Below are positions 55,566 to 64,000 of a stretch of DNA of 64,000 bases, piece after piece. The stretch lies in the NCBI RefSeq assembly GCF_009914755.1, contig NC_060936.1. One strand, 5' to 3'. The notes beneath the pieces are model-generated. The model ran no database searches. It had not been told where the DNA came from and saw only the letters and a program-made list of their open reading frames with translations. The position numbers were made by a program, and so were the translations under genes. How positions within the stretch are numbered: the first letter of the stretch is position 1; each line of letters opens with the position of its first letter. The stretch is from the human T2T-CHM13v2.0 reference genome, Homo sapiens.

Positions 55566-58500
55566 TGCAGCTGGGAGAGAGTAACAGAAGCAAACCCTCT
55601 ACCTGGGATAGGGGCAGGAATATATACTGTGCCAAGAAGTAAGGCTGCAAAAGGGCAGGAGCACTGAGAAGGCCACAAACCTTAAGCCCAGGGACAGAGA
55701 GCACTTGCCATGAGGCTTACTGAGAAAAACAGTGAATAACACCACACTGTCTCTTACCACCAGATTAATGGGTTTAGAGTAAGAAGTAACTACAGGGTAG
55801 TGGTTTAAGAGGGGCAAGAACACAAAGAGAGATCCTCTCAGAGTAATAGAACAAAGTAGAGAGCTACAACTCAGGTTGGAACAGATACTGAGAAAAACTC
55901 TCTAGCAAATCAGCTCCCACTTAAATACAAAGTAATGTTGGAGGTATTTGAAGTCTGTGGTGCACTTAAAATAACTGTAGTAGCAATGTATCTACATCCG
56001 GCTCAACTCAAAAAGTAGACTCAAAATCTCACACTAAAGACCTAGAACAAGGAAACGCATACCTAGTCCCAGCCATGAAACCTCAGACTCTGCTGTCCTA
56101 AATATGATGTATGTACATGTTTCAACTAAACACTGAGAGCCCTACAAAAAATTAAGGAAAGGCAACACAACAACAACAGACAAAGCAATATCTGATTTGA
56201 ATCATACTCAGGTATGACAAATGTTGAAACTATCATGACAGGTAACTTGAAATAACTATAGTTAATATTTGAAATGCCCTAATGAAAAAGGTAGAAAACA
56301 AACAAGATGAGATAAATTATTTTACCATAGAGGTATAAACTATAAGAAAGGATCCAATGAAATGCTATAATTCTGTTTTTATACAATAAGACAGATGAAG
56401 AATGCTCCCAATGAGTCCACAGGTAGATTCAATACAGACAAAGAAAGATCAGAGGTCTGAAGATAAATCAATTGAATTTATCTGAAGTTAAACACAAGGA
56501 AGTCAAATTATCTGAGAATAAAATCACTCAGGTATAGAGAATCATGTTGTTTGCAAATAGAGAGGAGTGAAGGGAAAAGGAACAAAACATTCCATAACTT
56601 CAGCACAATATCAAATTGGAATCACAGAAAAACTACAGAGATTAAGACAACAGAATTCCTTGAGAAAATAATGCCTGAGAATTTCTCAAAATCAATGGCA
56701 GACACCAAACTACAGACACAAAAACCCCAGGGAACAACACAAACAAAAAAATCTAGGCATATTGTATTTAAACTGTTGAAAACTAAAGACAGAATAAAAT
56801 CTTGACAGCGGCAAGGATTGGGGTGGGGAAGATACATTATGTACAGAGAAACAAAAATAAGAAAATAGAAGACTTCTCATCAGAAATTATACAAACTGGT
56901 AGATAACAGAATGACAGCTTTAAAGTACTGAATGAAATATCATGCCAACTAAAAATTCTATAGCCAATGAAAATATTAAAAAAAATGAACAATTAAGACA
57001 TCATTAGCTAAAAAACAAAAACTGGGAGAATTGTTTGCCATCAGACCTCTTAATGAAGTTCTCTAGGCAAGATACATATAATAATTTTTTTCTACACAAA
57101 GAAATAAAGAGTGTTGGAAGTAAAATAAATATAGGTAAATATAAAATTTAATTTTTATTGTTTTAATTCCCCTAATATATCATAGACCATCTAAAGCAAA
57201 AATAATGGCAGTGTATTATGTGTTTATTGCATATGTAGAGGTAAAATGCATGACAAAAATAGCACAAAGAATGGGGGGGATAAATTGGTAATATAAAGTT
57301 GTAAGGTCCTTAATCTACTTATGAATCAGTATAATATTATTTTAAGGTAGAATGATAAAGATGTAGATTATAAAATCTAAAGAAATGACTAAAAAAGTAG
57401 TTTGAGGAGTGTAAATAGTAAGCCAATAGTGGAGAGAAATGGAATCACAAAAAATACCCAAGTAATCTAAAAGAAGGCAAATAATAAGGGACAAAGCAAA
57501 GAACAGATGGAACAAGAAAGCTTGCTATATGGCAGATTATAACAAACGTAAATGGTATAAACACACTAAGTAAATAACAGAGATGGATCAGATTTGACAA
57601 AAAAAAGTTCAACCCACTTTAAAGGCATAGTTATATTAAAAATAAAAGGATGAAAAAGATATACCATGCAAACTCTACATAGCTGTGATAATATTAGACA
57701 AAGTGAACTTTCGAATAATAAATATTACCTGGAATTAATAGGGCCAGTTGATAATAATAAAGGAGTCAATTCTCTAGGAAGGTATAACAATTGAAATGTG
57801 TAATCATACAAAAACATAGTTTCAAAATATATGAAGCAAAAATGGATTAAGCTGAAAAAACTACAGACAAACCCACAACTATGTTTGGAATCTTCAACAT
57901 TTCTCTCTCAGTGATTGATGGAAAAAGAAGACAATGAGTGAATAAGGATACAGAAGACCTGAAATGCACTATCAACCATTATTAACTATTTGACATTTGT
58001 AGAGCACTCTACCCAACAATAGCAGCATATGTGTTCAAAGACAGAATAGACTCTAGGTCATAAAACAAATTTAAACAGAGTATATTCTCTGATAGTAACA
58101 GAAATTGAAATAAAAGACAGATATCAATAAAAGATATTAATAGAAATCAATAAAAGAAAGATATCTAGAAAATTCAAAGTAAAAGAAAATTGAACAACAT
58201 ACTTCTAAATAATCAATGGGTCAAGGAGGAATGCTCAAGTCAAATAAAAAACCATTATCAACTGAAAGAAAATGAAAATAGAACATACCAACTTTGTGTG
58301 ATGCAGCAAAAGCAACGCTTAGAGAAAAACACAATCTTAAATTAAATCTTAAATTCTTATATTAGAAAAGAAGATAAGTCTCAAAATAGTAATCTAAGAT
58401 TTACCTTAAGAAATTAGACAACGAAGAGCAAATTAAGCCAAAACAATCAGAAAGAAGTAAATTAAATCACTGAGAAGAGAAATCAGTGAAACTGAAAATA

Positions 58501-58792
58501 GAATCACAGGAAAAAAATCAATAAAACCAAGAGCTAGCTCTTTGAAAAAAAAAAACCTACTAAATTAATAAACCACTCACCAGCTTAACTAAGCAAAAAT
58601 AGAGAAGACACAAACTACCACTATGAGAAATTAAAAAAGAGAAGATCACTGCAGACCCAACCGACATCAGAAAATAATAAAAGAATACTATGAATAATTG
58701 TATACCCATAAGTTTGACAACATAGACAAAATGGATCCATTTCTTAAATACACAAACTACAAAAACCTAGTGGAAAAGAAATACATAGACTA

Positions 58793-58937
58793 AGTTGATA
58801 ATAATAAAGGTTTGATTCTCTAGGAAGGTGTAACAATTCGAAAGTGTAATCACATAAAAACAGTTTTAGAATATATGAAGCAAAAATGGATAAAGCTGAA
58901 AAAAATATCAACAGATCCACAATTATGTTTGGAATCT
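58793..58937 (+). repeat. Dispersed direct duplication of 57746-57893
   Basis: Hand alignment gives roughly 85% identity over ~145 bp. Confidence 0.9.
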
Positions 58938-60499
58938 GTGTATTTAAAGCAAACCTATGTATATTAAAGCAATTAAGTTCTTAGTCAAGTACATTCCAAA
59001 AAGTAAAACTCCTGGTCCTGATGGTTTTTCTGGTAAAACTACCGATATTTCAAAAAGAAATTGTACCAAATATACACAGCCACTTCCAGAAACTAGGAGG
59101 TGGGAACAGTTCATACATCATTTTAAGAGACAAGCATCCCAAACAGGGCTTGGAGACCAAACAGGGCAAAAATATTGCAAAAAACCAAAAGCGTAGAACA
59201 ATAAATTTCATGAACATCAATGCAAAAATCTTTAACAAAACATTAGCAAACCGAGACCAGCAATATATTAAAAAGATAATATGTTGTACATATGTGCATT
59301 ACCAAATGACTGTATTCAGGAAATTCATGGTCAGCTTGGTATTCAAAAATAAACCAACTCAATTTGCTTTATTAAAAGACTGAATAATGAAAACAATACT
59401 GGCATCTCAATTGTAAAGGTATTTGACACAATTTGGCGTCCATTATAAAATATCTTTTAAAATCTACAATAGAAAAGAATATCCTTACTATGATTAGGAG
59501 CCTCTACAAAATTCCTACAGCTAGCATAGTATTTAACAGTGAAATATAACGAAATGAAATACTCCCCTCCACTCCAAATCTGGAAGATAGCAACAATACC
59601 TCTGTCACTACTTCTTTTCACCATTGTATTTGAAGCCTTAACTAGTGCAATAAGGCAAGAAAAAGAAATAAAAGGCATATTTATTGGAAGAATAAATAAA
59701 ACCATTTCTTATAGAAGAGGCATAATTGTCTCATAGAAAAATTCCAATTCCAGTAAATGTTTTTAGAACAAATAAGTGAATTTAGTAAGGTCACTGCCTA
59801 CAAGGTCAATATACAAAAGTCAATCATATTCCTACACACTAGAAATGAACACTTGGAATTTAATTGGAACTCTCTTATTGCTGGTGGGCACACAAAATGG
59901 CATGGAAATTTGAAAATTAATTTGTTTTAAGGCTAAACACACACTTAACTTATAACCCCAATGCTACTACCAGTAGGTATTTATCCAAGAGAAATAAAGA
60001 CATTTTTCACATACAAACCTATACGTGAATGTGTATAGCAGCTTTATTAATAATAATAGGAAACTAGAAGCAATCTAAAATATCCTTCAACGACTGAATG
60101 GATAAACTTTGGTATATTTATACAATGAAATACACCTCATCGATAAAAATGAACAGACTGTTGAAACATGCTACAACTTTAATAGATCTCAAGGGCATGA
60201 TGCTGAGTGAAAGAAGCCAGATCCTAAAAGTTACATGCTGCATCAGATAATTTATACGACATTTGGAAAAAGACAAAACTATAAAGACAAAGAGCAAGCT
60301 AGTGGTTGCCAGACTGTGGGAGTGGAGGGTGTGTTTAACACAAAAGGGGGAAAAAAAAGAAATTTGGGATGTGATAAAAAGGTTAATGTTTTGTTTCTTG
60401 AGTGTGGTGGTGGATACATAACTGCACTGCTCAAAACTCATGGAATTGTACACCACAGAGTGCATTCTACTCTATGTAAATTTAAAATGTCTTGAAATA

Positions 60500-60970
60500 T
60501 TTTTATAGCTTCCTCCTATTTTTACAAGAACAAAAATTCTTTAACATTATTTCAATGGCTCTATATGGTCTGATTCCTCCTTACATCTCCATCCTAATTG
60601 TCTATCAGGGTACCCCTACTCTCAAAGCCCTTAATACATCCTTCTTTCACTCTTTGAATACACCATGCTCTCTCTTATTTGGAGATTTTGAGATATGGTT
60701 TACATTGTATCGAAATCTCTTCCCCCACCTAGCTTGCGTGCTATTATCTTAGTTGTTTCCTATTCTTCCTTCAGATTCCTGTGGAATTATTATTTTTTCA
60801 GAGAAGATTTCTCTCATCTTCCTCTATTACAAGTTTTGTATTTTCCAATCTCTTGTTCATAGAATTTACTCTCAATAGCATTAATTATTTTATTAATATT
60901 TTTCTTACCCACTGGTCCCAAGTATAGTGCATGGCATATAGCAGGTGCTAAATCAATGTTTTACTTGATG
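60500..60970 (+). mobile_element. L2 3' part
   Basis: 'ctatatggtctgattcctccttacatctcc...gtgcatggcatatagcaggtgct'. Confidence 0.6.
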
Positions 60971-60989
60971 GAATAGACATATAAACACA

Positions 60990-61862
60990 TTTTTCTCTAA
61001 TTTACAAATAAAAACTGTGTATATTTATGTTATACAACATGTTTTGATACGTGAATATATGTATACATTGTGGAATGGCTAAATCAAACTAATTAGCATA
61101 TCCATTACCTCACATACGTATCATTATTTTGTGGTAAGAATATTTAAAATCAATTCTTTTAGCAGTTTATAAGTATGTAGTACACTATTATTAGCTATAG
61201 TCACCATTGTGTACAAAAGATCTCTTGACCTTATTCCTCCTAACAGAAATTTTACATCCTTTGATCAACATTTCCCCAATTCCACCCCTCACTCCAGCCT
61301 CTGGTAATCACCATTCTACTCTCTGCTTCTACAGGTTCAACTTATTTAGATTCATATATAAGTGAGATCATGATGTATTTGTCTTTCTGTGCCCAGATTA
61401 TTTCACTTAACCTAATGTCCTTTTGTTTCATTCATGTTGTTGCAAGTGAAAGGATTTTCTTCTTTTTTTAAGGGTATACAGTACTTCATTGTGTATATGT
61501 ACCACATTTTCTTCATCCATTCATCTGTTGATGGACACTAAGGTTGAGTCCATATCTTGGCTATTGTGAATAGTGTTGCAATAAGCATGGAAATGCAGGT
61601 ATCTTTTTAACATACTAATTTAATTTCCTTTGGATAGATACCTAATAGTAGGATTTCTGAATAATATAGTCATATTATTTTTAATTTTTTGAGAAACCTC
61701 CATGTTTTTCATAATGGGTGTATTAGTTACCATTCCCACCAACAATGTCCAAGGGTTCCTTTTTCTCCACACTCTTGCCAACACTTGTTATTGTTAGTCT
61801 TTTTGATAAAAGCCATTCTAACTAGTGTGAGATAATATCTCATTGTGGTTTTCACCTGCAAT
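60990..61862 (-). mobile_element. L1MA (L1MA8-like) 3' end
   Basis: 'gtatacattgtggaatggctaaatcaaactaattagcatatccattacctcacata'. Confidence 0.88.
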
Positions 61863-61899
61863 ATCTACTTAAAGAGATAGGAAATACTGGAGAAGGCAG

Positions 61900-64000
<2,101 letters not shown>

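Larger units (their letters stand above)
54228..60490 (+). mobile_element. Long old L1M (5'UTR, ORF1, ORF2, 3' end), rearranged
   Basis: ORF1 remnants (IMPENFSK, RHIVFKLLKTKD); ORF2 remnants ([34 protein letters not shown]); L1MC/ME-type 3'UTR. Confidence 0.85.

Overview
AT-rich primate genomic DNA, most likely human: it carries AluJ/S/Y, L1PA4, THE1, MST and LTR12C elements. Well over half of the window is interspersed repeat. I find no supportable protein-coding gene, structural RNA gene or CRISPR array; the ORF-track entries are L1, ERV, Charlie, Alu or LTR fragments, or chance frames. Repeat family names come from recalled consensus sequences, not a database search, so subfamily calls and old-element boundaries are approximate. 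Main content: a Charlie (hAT) transposase fossil split by a 3.7-kb L1PA4 and an AluJ; a four-level nest (L1ME > Tigger3b > MER1A > THE1); a twin-primed inverted L1PA16-like element; a CpG-rich solo LTR12C; a degraded tRNA-Ser-primed class III provirus; and long old L1M/L2 tracts. Mostly unique DNA at about 1-8 kb and 36.5-41.7 kb holds candidate enhancers. I did not find a new biological system. The most unusual signals are templated-copy events: a perfect 46-bp copy between two inverted MLT1A0 LTRs 1 kb apart, a 145-bp copy 1 kb away inside an old L1, and a 23-bp-stem pre-miRNA-sized hairpin built from L2 sequence next to a second palindrome.
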